Shown here: piece after piece, positions 43,847 to 51,557 of the stretch
Numbering within the stretch: position 1 is the first letter of the stretch
How the letters are laid out: each line of letters opens with the position of its first letter
IMG/VR virus record: IMGVR_UViG_3300032225_001565
Location: 1-51,557 of that record
DNA length: 51,557 nucleotides
Strand: one strand, 5' to 3'
Source: a virus
Taxonomy: Duplodnaviria > Caudoviricetes
Notes under the pieces: generated by a model
The model's database searches: none
What the model saw: only the letters and a program-made list of their open reading frames with translations
Told to the model about the DNA's origin: nothing
Made by a program: the position numbers and the translations under genes

Positions 43847-44571
43847 TTGATGAACCCCCAGGCGCCCTCGGGCGGCGTGCGGTCGCTGTTCCAGAATTCG
43901 GTGCAGTGCTGCTGAACCTTCCCGCCGGAAGCCTCGCGGCTGGGCCAGGTGATCATCAGTTCGGCGTGGCCGACGCTGATCTGGGTGGCGATGCCCAGCT
44001 TGTTGCCGGCGGCGTGAAACGCCTTCCACATATGGATGTCCTCGTCAATGTGGCCGCCGCGGTAGTCGCCGCGCTCGCTGGCCTCGGCGATGAACCACGG
44101 CTTCGGCGTCTTCCGCAGGGCTTCAGTGCGGATGAATGTGCAGCCGAAGTGGGCCGTCTCGACCAGTTGGACGGGCTTCTGGAACCAGTCATTCTCCACG
44201 GTCGTCTTGTCCTCCGGCTTGACGCCGGGGAGGGCGAACATGACCGTGTTTGCCTCCCGCTTGGTCTGGAGCGGGGCGATGGCATCGACGCCGCTGAACA
44301 TCATCAGCGTCAGGAGGGCTTCGACAGTCTTGGCAGTGAAGACCGTGTCGTAGTCGAACGTGAGGATCACGTCGTGCTTATCAAGCACGTCTTCCATGCA
44401 GTTCTGGAGGCACTGACCCCAGAATGCGCCGGTGTACTTGATCGGCGAGATGCGATGCGGCGCAAGAGCCTGGGCGACGCAGAAGAAGTTATCAGTGAAG
44501 CCGAGGCGGGGGCAGCTCATCAGAGCCGCCACCTTGACCTCGGCCTCACAGTCGCCGACGCGGACGAGCAT
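43843..44571 (-). CDS. GT-A fold (GT2-like) glycosyltransferase inside the head operon
   Basis: D.ILTFDYD (DxD), HFGCTFIR..AL, PWF, EDI..W, G.K......VGH. Confidence 0.78.
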   Translation of the reverse strand: MLVRVGDCEAEVKVAALMSCPRLGFTDNFFCVAQALAPHRISPIKYTGAFWGQCLQNCMEDVLDKHDVILTFDYDTVFTAKTVEALLTLMMFSGVDAIAPLQTKREANTVMFALPGVKPEDKTTVENDWFQKPVQLVETAHFGCTFIRTEALRKTPKPWFIAEASERGDYRGGHIDEDIHMWKAFHAAGNKLGIATQISVGHAELMITWPSREASGGKVQQHCTEFWNSDRTPPEGAWGFIK

Positions 44572-44653
44572 TTGTGTCGCTCCTATTGGTTAGGAGCGGG
44601 CGCGCTTCCTTGCGCCTTTGCCGGCCGTCTTGGCCGTCCCGCTTGTTTCGGGA
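44572..44653 (-). promoter_or_regulatory. Four-hairpin leader with a CsrA-type loop and an RBS-sequestering stem
   Basis: TCCCG..CGGGA, CGGCC..GGCCG, GCGC-AAGGAA-GCGC, CGCTCCTA-ACCAA-TAGGAGCG. Confidence 0.65.
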
Positions 44654-45097
44654 CTAGCCACGCACCAAGGTCAAGACGTTCGCGTCGCTTGCCGAGGCGG
44701 GCGAGATTTCGGCACGAGCGAGCCGGCCGGTGATCGCCACGGTGGCCGAGGCACCAGGGGTGTACGACACCTTGAGGTATCGCTTACGAACCCGCGTGTC
44801 CACGTCAAACTTCACGACCGCGACGGTGCTCGTTCCGGCCACGCTGATGGCGGGGACTGTGAAACCGCCGGTGCCACCAGCAACCAGCGAAGTGACGTTG
44901 GCGTAGGACGAGTTGTCGTCCGACTCCTCAATCTTGAGCACGTTTGAGAACGTGGTCGAGGCGTTGCTGGAACGCAGCACCATCAGCGAGCAGTAGTCGT
45001 ATCCGATCGTATCGATGGTCAGCGTGGCCGTAGCCGTCGATCCGACGGCGGCGGTCGGAAGCTCGGCGACAACGCGATGGTTCTGTGTGTGAATCAT
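44654..45097 (-). CDS. Capsid decoration/cement-like protein
   Basis: Directly after the capsid gene; ID..GYD, EESDD, KRYLKV. Confidence 0.7.
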   Translation of the reverse strand: MIHTQNHRVVAELPTAAVGSTATATLTIDTIGYDYCSLMVLRSSNASTTFSNVLKIEESDDNSSYANVTSLVAGGTGGFTVPAISVAGTSTVAVVKFDVDTRVRKRYLKVSYTPGASATVAITGRLARAEISPASASDANVLTLVRG

Positions 45098-45125
45098 GTT
45101 GATTCGTGCTCCTGTTTAGTGATGA

Positions 45126-46460
45126 TTAGGCCGTCTTGAGAGCGACAACGGGGCCGACCTCGGAGGTGCTGCCGAGCGAGTGGTGGTTCACATCGAACCG
45201 CATCGTGCCCTGGAGCAGAAGCTGGTCAGTCGTGGCGTACACCTGATCGAACAGCCGCACCGAGAAGTCACGGCGACGGGCGTAGATGCTGGAGAGGGCC
45301 ATGTTGCCGAACAGCACCTTGATCTTGCCGCTGTCGGTGCCGAGGGTGCTGTTCATCACATGCACCATTCGCACCGGGTAGCCGAGGAAGGACTCGCCCG
45401 CAGCGCCGCCGACGTTCTCGACGGTGTTCCCGCCTGCCGCGTACTTGAGGCGGGCGATGCTCGAGGCATAGCCGGCAGGAGAGACGTACCAGGCCGCACC
45501 TTGGCGGGCATAGATCGGCAACTTGCCCATCACGTTCAGGAAGTCTTCGATGTCCAGCGTCTCGAAGCCGACGTTGCCAGCCAGAGCCGTCACGACCGAG
45601 GCCGTGTAGGCCGAGCCGCCGATCTTGTTGACGATGCCGTTGATCCCGCCGTAATCGGAAGTCCCGTCTCCGAGCCACCCACACTGGTCAATCTTGAGGG
45701 CCAGCGAGGTGCTGAACTCTTGAGCACAGGCGTCTGCCAGAGACACCACGCCAACGGTGTCATCGACCACCTCGCTGCTCATCCGGCAGCCCACGGCGAG
45801 CTTCTTCGCCACCAGGCTGACGTTGCCGTAGGTCGGCTCGCTCTCGGTCACGCTCGACCCCTCGCCGACGAAGTATGCCGTCGTTCCGGTGAGACGCTTG
45901 GGGATCACCATCGTGTCGCGGCTCATCGACACGTTCTCGGCCGCGCCGGGGAAGGTGCCGTAGGTTTCGACCAGCCGGATCACGCGGTTGGCGAACTCCT
46001 CCGGCACCAGAGCGCCGCCGGCGGTGTTCGTCCCTTCGTTCAGGGCGCGGGCCTCGACACCGTGCTCGCGGCACCAGCGAAGGTCGTTCTCGTTCCTGAA
46101 CACGGTGGCCTTGATCCACCGGCCGCAGCGGTAGGCGCTCTCGACGGCGTCGGGGCCGTCGTTGAACGCGCGGAGGGTCGTGTGGTGCGGGTTGATGGCC
46201 CGAATCTCGACCTTCTTCGTCTCCTCGACGGCCGGGGCCGGGGCCGGGGCGGCCTTCTCGACCACCGCACGGAGTTCCTGCTCCTTGGCGGCGAGACGGC
46301 CCTCGAACTCGAGGTCGGCCTTGACCGTGTCGGCCTCGTCGGAGAGCTTGCGGAGTTCCGCGGTCTGCTCCTCCGAACGCTCGGCCACGTCGGCCAGTTC
46401 GGTCATCCGAGCGGCGACGGCCGCGGCACGATCCTGAAGTCGCTTGAGGTTCGATGGCAT
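45126..46460 (-). CDS. Major capsid protein (HK97 fold, with delta domain)
   Basis: N-terminal coiled coil, GG.LVPEE, VGEG, KL....S.E, G.G, LGYPV, FGN. Confidence 0.95.
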   Translation of the reverse strand: MPSNLKRLQDRAAAVAARMTELADVAERSEEQTAELRKLSDEADTVKADLEFEGRLAAKEQELRAVVEKAAPAPAPAVEETKKVEIRAINPHHTTLRAFNDGPDAVESAYRCGRWIKATVFRNENDLRWCREHGVEARALNEGTNTAGGALVPEEFANRVIRLVETYGTFPGAAENVSMSRDTMVIPKRLTGTTAYFVGEGSSVTESEPTYGNVSLVAKKLAVGCRMSSEVVDDTVGVVSLADACAQEFSTSLALKIDQCGWLGDGTSDYGGINGIVNKIGGSAYTASVVTALAGNVGFETLDIEDFLNVMGKLPIYARQGAAWYVSPAGYASSIARLKYAAGGNTVENVGGAAGESFLGYPVRMVHVMNSTLGTDSGKIKVLFGNMALSSIYARRRDFSVRLFDQVYATTDQLLLQGTMRFDVNHHSLGSTSEVGPVVALKTA

Positions 46461-46633
46461 CTTGGCCTTGCTCCTGTTTGAGCCGGCCAAAACGCAAAAG
46501 CGCCGGCCGGCGGGTGTTTCCCGCTAGCGCGCCGCTGACGTGAATCCTCACGTCGCTCGTGCTGTCCCTCGCGATGTCCGTCGCGAGGCTTGTATCTACT
46601 TGTAGTGTAGGGGGGCGACTACTTGCCGTGCAA
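46461..46633 (-). promoter_or_regulatory. Capsid promoter and structured GGA-loop leader
   Basis: TTGCAC(46628-33)-N18-TACACT(46604-09); hairpins CCTCGCGA-CGGACA-TCGCGAGG and GACGTGA-GGAT-TCACGTC; SD CAGGAG. Confidence 0.6.
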
Positions 46634-47938
46634 GGGAGTCGAGAGCAGCGCGGCCTTTAGCCTCGCCATCTTTCCAACGAAGTCGGTCGTGTCAGCGCTC
46701 ACCTTGACGATGATGGCTGGCGCCTCTTCGATGTCGCGTTCCTCGTCAATCACCGGTAGGTCGCGAGCGCCGTCCATCTCCTTGACCTTGCGGGCCGACC
46801 AGTTCTTGGCCGCGGTTCCGCCCCAAAGAAGGTGCGCTACGAACCCCGGAGTCTCAGCGCCGGGCTTGTCCCAGCCCGGCCTCTGATCAGCGGCGTGCCT
46901 GGCAAACCAGGCATTCATCTCGCGAATCCAGTCCTCGTTCATCTCCTCGCGGCGCGCCAGGCGGTTGGCGCGAGCGACCGTCTCCGGCTTGAGGCCGTCG
47001 CCGCTCTTGCCGTCCTCGTGGAGTTTCAGGCCGCGGCGGGCCGCCGAGGCCATGCCGGCCGTCGGCTTCATGGAAACGGCCCGCTCGTCGCTGTCGATGA
47101 AAGCAGTCACCTCGCCGACGATGCCGCTGGCCGCCACCAACTCGCTCATGTTCTTGCCGACGAACTCGTCCGTTTCATGCCAATAGCCATCTTCATGCTT
47201 GTACTTCTTCACAAGCACTGCCGGGTCGTCGGGCGACGCCATGATCGGCTCCTGGCTGTACTCGCCCAACTGGCCCTCGGCCATGACGTGCTCGATGCGC
47301 CCAACGCCGTCATCCCACGCCACAAAGTCGCCTGGCGCGTACATCACGGCCGCCTCGCGAACCTCCGAAGCAACTTCAGCCACAACGATATCCGCTCGCT
47401 GCTCATCGTTCTGGGCCATCTCCAGGGCGCGTTTGCTGACGTAAGTCTCGGTGGCAAGGTAGGCCGGGGTATCGACGGGGCCGGCGTCGCCGAGGAACGA
47501 GAACTTCTTGATCCGGCGGATCATCCGGCCGTTGGCGTCGCGCTGCCATGCTTCGTCCGCGGGGCGGCTGCGGAACGCGAAGCTGCTGCCGCGAACATCG
47601 CCTCTTTCGATGAGTTCGACGACCGCGGCGGCCGATCGGGGAGGGTCGATCTCGTACCGCAGGCCGCGCTCGTCCACCATCAGCCGCATCGTGCCGCTGG
47701 AGGTTCGGCCGATCACCTGGGTGTGGTTGTACTTTCCGAACACGTCGGGGTTTGAGGCCATGACCTCGTCGAAGGCGCCGCGCTCCACGATCTCGTAGAA
47801 CCCGCCGAGGTCTTGGCTCTCCGACTCAAAGACGGCCGCATAGCCGCGGATGACGGTGCGGCCGTTCTCGTCGGCCTTGACCTCAAGGCCGGGCTGCTCG
47901 GCGATCAGCCGTCGTTCAAGTTCGCACGTTCCGTCCAT
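46619..47938 (-). CDS. HK97-family prohead protease with C-terminal extension domains
   Basis: I.GYAAVF.S.S.DLGGF.E....GAF, NH, GRT, GL.Y, RGD..GSSFAF, V..PAY..T; GAGGAGG RBS. Confidence 0.92.
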   Translation of the reverse strand: MDGTCELERRLIAEQPGLEVKADENGRTVIRGYAAVFESESQDLGGFYEIVERGAFDEVMASNPDVFGKYNHTQVIGRTSSGTMRLMVDERGLRYEIDPPRSAAAVVELIERGDVRGSSFAFRSRPADEAWQRDANGRMIRRIKKFSFLGDAGPVDTPAYLATETYVSKRALEMAQNDEQRADIVVAEVASEVREAAVMYAPGDFVAWDDGVGRIEHVMAEGQLGEYSQEPIMASPDDPAVLVKKYKHEDGYWHETDEFVGKNMSELVAASGIVGEVTAFIDSDERAVSMKPTAGMASAARRGLKLHEDGKSGDGLKPETVARANRLARREEMNEDWIREMNAWFARHAADQRPGWDKPGAETPGFVAHLLWGGTAAKNWSARKVKEMDGARDLPVIDEERDIEEAPAIIVKVSADTTDFVGKMARLKAALLSTPLHGK

Positions 47939-49515
47939 GCTTTCGTCGCCTCCTCGTAGGGCTTGCCAGACCGATGGCAGTCCAGCAGTCGATCCCGCGT
48001 GCTCTCCATCCACTCAGTCACGAATGTGTCGATGTCGCGGCCAGTCGCCTTGGCGGCGTCGCAGAGTTCCGTCTTCATCCGCTGCTCGTGGGCCTCGAGC
48101 CACGCCTGCAACTTGGCCGGCTTGTTGCGGCGCTCCAGAATGCCGTCGGCCTCGATCGCAGCGAGCCGCCGCAGGGTGGTGCGGAAGAGCGTCTCGGATG
48201 CGCCGCTGACGGCGGCGTCAGCGGGTGCCGGCCCGTGGTTGCCGTCAGTGGCTGCGGCGACAGGAGGCGTGTCGCCGGTCGGCGGCGGCGCTTGCTGGCC
48301 GTTCGGAGCACCAACGGTGAACGCATCCAGCAACTGCATATTCACCTGTAGGAATCTCTTATTGCCAAGACCGTCGGGCAGTGGGTTGTAGCCGATCTGC
48401 GCGCGAATCTCGTCAACCGAAAGCGCGCCCATGTTGAATGCCTCCCGCATGAACTGCGCGCGGGCCGCAAAGTCGCCGGCCATGAGCGCAGTCGTGTCGA
48501 ACTCAACGAAATAGTCGCGGTCGTCTGTGATCAAGTCGCGACGAACGGCGAACTGCCAGCGGCGATTGTGCGGGTACAGTCCAAAAGTGACGAAGTCGAT
48601 TGCGGCCTGCTCAACCGTGCTGTGCCGCACGTTCGTCAGTTCGCCAAGCATGTGCAGCGGAACGCGGTAGGCGCGGGCGATCTCCTCAACGCTGTAGCGC
48701 CTGGTGTCGATCAGCGCGCTGTGCTGATTGTTGACGGGATCGCTCTTTTTGTGGAAGCCGTGCGGCATGACCACCGTTTTGAATGCTCGGTCTGGGCCGC
48801 GGTGGGCGGAATCCCACTGCTCCTTGAACCGCTGGATCGCCTCGGGCTTGAAAGGCTGATCCGTCTCGATGTAGGTGCCGCTCTGCGCGCCGTTGCCGAA
48901 GAACGACGAAGAATAAAGTTCTGTCGCCCGCGCCAGCGCAATCGCATCATGCGCCAGGGTTGTTGGAACGTATCCTGTGACTGCGTCTGAACTGAGCCAA
49001 CGCAGGTGAAAAATCTGATCCTGGCGGTAGATCGTAGGCGTCGGGGCGCCGTCTTCTCGGTATTGGTACTGGAGCCGTCCATTCTCAAGCCGCTTGACTT
49101 GCATGCGCGAGGCGTGCAGTGGGATGAGTTGATCGACGCTGCCGCGGCGGCCCGGCTTGATCAGCGAGAAGCCGTTGCCCCAGAGCAGCATTTGGCTCTG
49201 CATCCACTCACGCCACTCGAACGATGTCATCCAGTCGTTCGGCTGGTATGCCAGCACCTCTTGGAGCGGGTGATCCTCGGCGATTTCCTTGCCGCCGCCG
49301 GGGATGCGGCGGTAGAGGTTGAACGGCATCGCGGCGATGCTCTCGGACAACACCCTGACGCACGCGAGAACGGCCGAGCAGCGGAGGCTCGACTCCGGCG
49401 AGATGTAGACGCCGGCGGCCCCCTTGCGGCTCTCGACGATCTCCTCAAAGACTCGCGAGAGGCTGGTTCGCATCTCGTACAGGTCGCCGGCGTCCGCGTA
49501 TTGCGTTTCAGACAC
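47905..49515 (-). CDS. Portal protein, HK97 family
   Basis: AV.ACV..LSE.IA.MP, PN.WMT..E, GN, IFHLR, EIAR.YRVP.HM. Confidence 0.95.
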   Translation of the reverse strand: MSETQYADAGDLYEMRTSLSRVFEEIVESRKGAAGVYISPESSLRCSAVLACVRVLSESIAAMPFNLYRRIPGGGKEIAEDHPLQEVLAYQPNDWMTSFEWREWMQSQMLLWGNGFSLIKPGRRGSVDQLIPLHASRMQVKRLENGRLQYQYREDGAPTPTIYRQDQIFHLRWLSSDAVTGYVPTTLAHDAIALARATELYSSSFFGNGAQSGTYIETDQPFKPEAIQRFKEQWDSAHRGPDRAFKTVVMPHGFHKKSDPVNNQHSALIDTRRYSVEEIARAYRVPLHMLGELTNVRHSTVEQAAIDFVTFGLYPHNRRWQFAVRRDLITDDRDYFVEFDTTALMAGDFAARAQFMREAFNMGALSVDEIRAQIGYNPLPDGLGNKRFLQVNMQLLDAFTVGAPNGQQAPPPTGDTPPVAAATDGNHGPAPADAAVSGASETLFRTTLRRLAAIEADGILERRNKPAKLQAWLEAHEQRMKTELCDAAKATGRDIDTFVTEWMESTRDRLLDCHRSGKPYEEATKAWTERANLNDG

Positions 49516-51035
49516 TAAAACACCACCAGTTGCGGGTCTTCGTCGATTCCTTTGACCTCGGCACTCGCGAGGCCCAATGCCATGATCAAGGCTACTGCCG
49601 AGTCGATCCTGCTTGTCGAGTTCGAGTTGCTCTTCGTGGGCTTGATGTTCCCCGCGTCGTCCTGCCGCACCTGAAGGTTGCTCATGTGCAGCAGGAGCGG
49701 AGGGTTGCCGCCGTGCCGCAACTTCTGGCTGATTGCGAGGGTCTGCAAAAACTTGGTGGCCGGAGACATTGAGGCGTACCCCTGTCCATACGGCTTCACA
49801 TCGACGCCCTCGTTCACCAACTGGGTCGTAATGTGCGTCGCATTCCAGCGGTCAATTGCGACGCCGCGGACGACGTTCTCCTCGCAAAAAGAGAGAACGT
49901 AGTCGCGAACAACGTCGTAATCCGTAATGTCTCCTTCAGTTATTGTACAAAACCCATCCTTGGCCCATTGGCGATAGGGGGCTTCGGTGCGGTCGATGTT
50001 CTTCTCTGGGATGAAGAGGTGCGTCGTCGCGTCGTAAGTGCCGTCGGGGCTGCCGTGCTCGTCCAGGCCAGGCCAGACCGCGGCGAACGCCGTCGTGTCC
50101 TGCGTGCTCGAGAGGTCGATGCCGCAGTAGCAGGGGCGATCCGCTGGTGGCCGCAGCGGCTGGCCGCACGCCTCGAACTGCCCCGTCCTGAAGAACTTGT
50201 TGGCCCCGTTGGAGCACCACTGGTTCAGGTAGAGGGTGCGGAACTTCAGTTCCTGGGCGACGGACTCGCGGGCCAGGGCGGCCTCACGCTCCATGAACTC
50301 CTTGCGGACGGTGATCAGGTAGTTCGGATTCGCCTTGGCCCAGGTGGTTTCCGCGAAGATGTCATCCTCTGAATCGGCCGCGAAGATGCAGGGCAGGAAG
50401 GTGGGGTCGTCGATCAGGCCGTCGCGCACCTTGATGGCCCGCTGCCACTCCTCGTAGCAAGGCCCGACGCGATCCATGCCGGCCGTGGTTACATAGATGA
50501 CGAGCGGCTCGGCTCGCATGCCCATGCCGCTCTCGAGCACGTCGATCAAATCCCGGTTGGGCTGGACGTGAAATTCGTCCACGATGACCACGCTGGGGTT
50601 GAAGCCGTGTTTGCCCTTGTGCTCGCTAGAAAGGAACTGGATCGTGCTCTTCTTGTGCGGTATTACTATCGAGTTCTTGTATATCTTGCACCGCTTGAGC
50701 AGGCCGGGGCAGGACTCGATGAAACGCGAGCACGCCGTGAACAGGAGGCTGGCCTGCTTGCGGTCGCCGGCGGCGATGAGAATCTGGCCGCCCTCGTCGC
50801 CAAAGAACCCCTCGTAGGCGCCGACCAGGGCGCAGGTGGCCGTTTTCCCGGCCTTCCGCGGCACGGCGAGCAGGCTCCGCTGATACTGCCGGCGGCCGTC
50901 TGGCCGGAGGGTGTTGAAGAGGCGGTCGAGGTACTCGTCCTGCCAGGGCTGTAGCTCGAACGGCTTACCAGCAAACTCGCCCTCGCTGTGTTTTAGTAGC
51001 GCGGCGAACTGGCGGATATCAACCTGACGTGCCAT
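49515..51035 (-). CDS. terL: Terminase large subunit
   Basis: L.PWQ, PRKAGKT (Walker A), VIVDEFH (Walker B), TTAG, GIDLS..D, D.WN, RID..VA. Confidence 0.97.
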   Translation of the reverse strand: MARQVDIRQFAALLKHSEGEFAGKPFELQPWQDEYLDRLFNTLRPDGRRQYQRSLLAVPRKAGKTATCALVGAYEGFFGDEGGQILIAAGDRKQASLLFTACSRFIESCPGLLKRCKIYKNSIVIPHKKSTIQFLSSEHKGKHGFNPSVVIVDEFHVQPNRDLIDVLESGMGMRAEPLVIYVTTAGMDRVGPCYEEWQRAIKVRDGLIDDPTFLPCIFAADSEDDIFAETTWAKANPNYLITVRKEFMEREAALARESVAQELKFRTLYLNQWCSNGANKFFRTGQFEACGQPLRPPADRPCYCGIDLSSTQDTTAFAAVWPGLDEHGSPDGTYDATTHLFIPEKNIDRTEAPYRQWAKDGFCTITEGDITDYDVVRDYVLSFCEENVVRGVAIDRWNATHITTQLVNEGVDVKPYGQGYASMSPATKFLQTLAISQKLRHGGNPPLLLHMSNLQVRQDDAGNIKPTKSNSNSTSRIDSAVALIMALGLASAEVKGIDEDPQLVVF

Positions 51036-51510
51036 CGAAGAGGGCATCCACGGGGTCGGCGACCACCTTGACCGCGCCGTACCCAAGTCGGGTGCGATCG
51101 GCGGGGGTCAGGCCCAGCACCGTCTCGAGGTGCCGGAGTTGCTCGCCCGTGTCCTTGGCCTGGGCGGCCATCGCGGTCGGCCGCGAGAATCGCAGCGTCC
51201 CATCTGGCCCCAGAATCTCCTTGTAGAGACAATTGACCTGCTGAAGCTGCTGGACGGAATACTCCCAGGCAACGTAGGTCGTGCAGTAGCGCGTGATGAC
51301 GTGCTCGTCGGTTTCGGCGAGCGTACCCATCCGCTCGAGCCAGCCAACGACCCGCACAAACACCTCTTTCGCCCGTGTTTTCAGCCACTCCGGCGGCTGC
51401 ATGGCCTCGGCAGGCTTCGTCCCCAGTTCCTCGCGGTTGTTGGCGTGCTTGGAGCCAACGAGTTGGAGGACGTGCTTCGGCTTTGGAGGTCGGCCCTTCA
51501 TGCCCGCCAT
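51019..51510 (-). CDS. terS: Terminase small subunit (P27 family)
   Basis: GRPPKP, PPEWL...AK, D......YC, LGLTP..R. Confidence 0.92.
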   Translation of the reverse strand: MAGMKGRPPKPKHVLQLVGSKHANNREELGTKPAEAMQPPEWLKTRAKEVFVRVVGWLERMGTLAETDEHVITRYCTTYVAWEYSVQQLQQVNCLYKEILGPDGTLRFSRPTAMAAQAKDTGEQLRHLETVLGLTPADRTRLGYGAVKVVADPVDALFDGTSG

Positions 51511-51557
51511 CCTACTGCGCGCCAGAACCAGGCCGCAAAGGAGTCGCGGGGGCGAAA

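Overview
The window looks like a near-complete, GC-rich, temperate tailed phage genome with an HK97-type head and a long non-contractile tail. A Planctomycetota or similar aquatic host is only inferred, from csrA, the Cys-rich structural proteins and the lack of a canonical muramidase. Almost all genes are on the minus strand. From right to left: terS, terL, portal, protease and capsid; a glycosyltransferase inserted in the head operon; neck genes; two paralogous short tail-tube genes; tail chaperones with a -1 frameshift; tape measure and tail tip; phosphoesterase and dNMP kinase; a second fibre/LamG module; tyrosine integrase (+ strand); SNF2, Prim-Pol and UvrD replication genes; csrA; DNA methyltransferase, GNAT and GP88; methyltransferase plus GT34 and GT69-like glycosyltransferases; a papain-like peptidase with membrane proteins; and HNH. 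The first 4.3 kb is a plus-strand cluster of small ORFans punctuated by repeated motifs. Most notable: (1) a phage-encoded CsrA with about 11 GGA-loop hairpins, six of them canonical ANGGAN hexaloops, at ribosome-binding sites or leaders of its own gene and of structural genes, suggesting a phage translational regulon; (2) a split glycosylation toolkit; (3) an oriented ~17-bp motif and hairpin cassette system in the early region; (4) an in-frame TAG in a conserved nuclease motif. All product calls come from motif recognition by eye, with no database searches.
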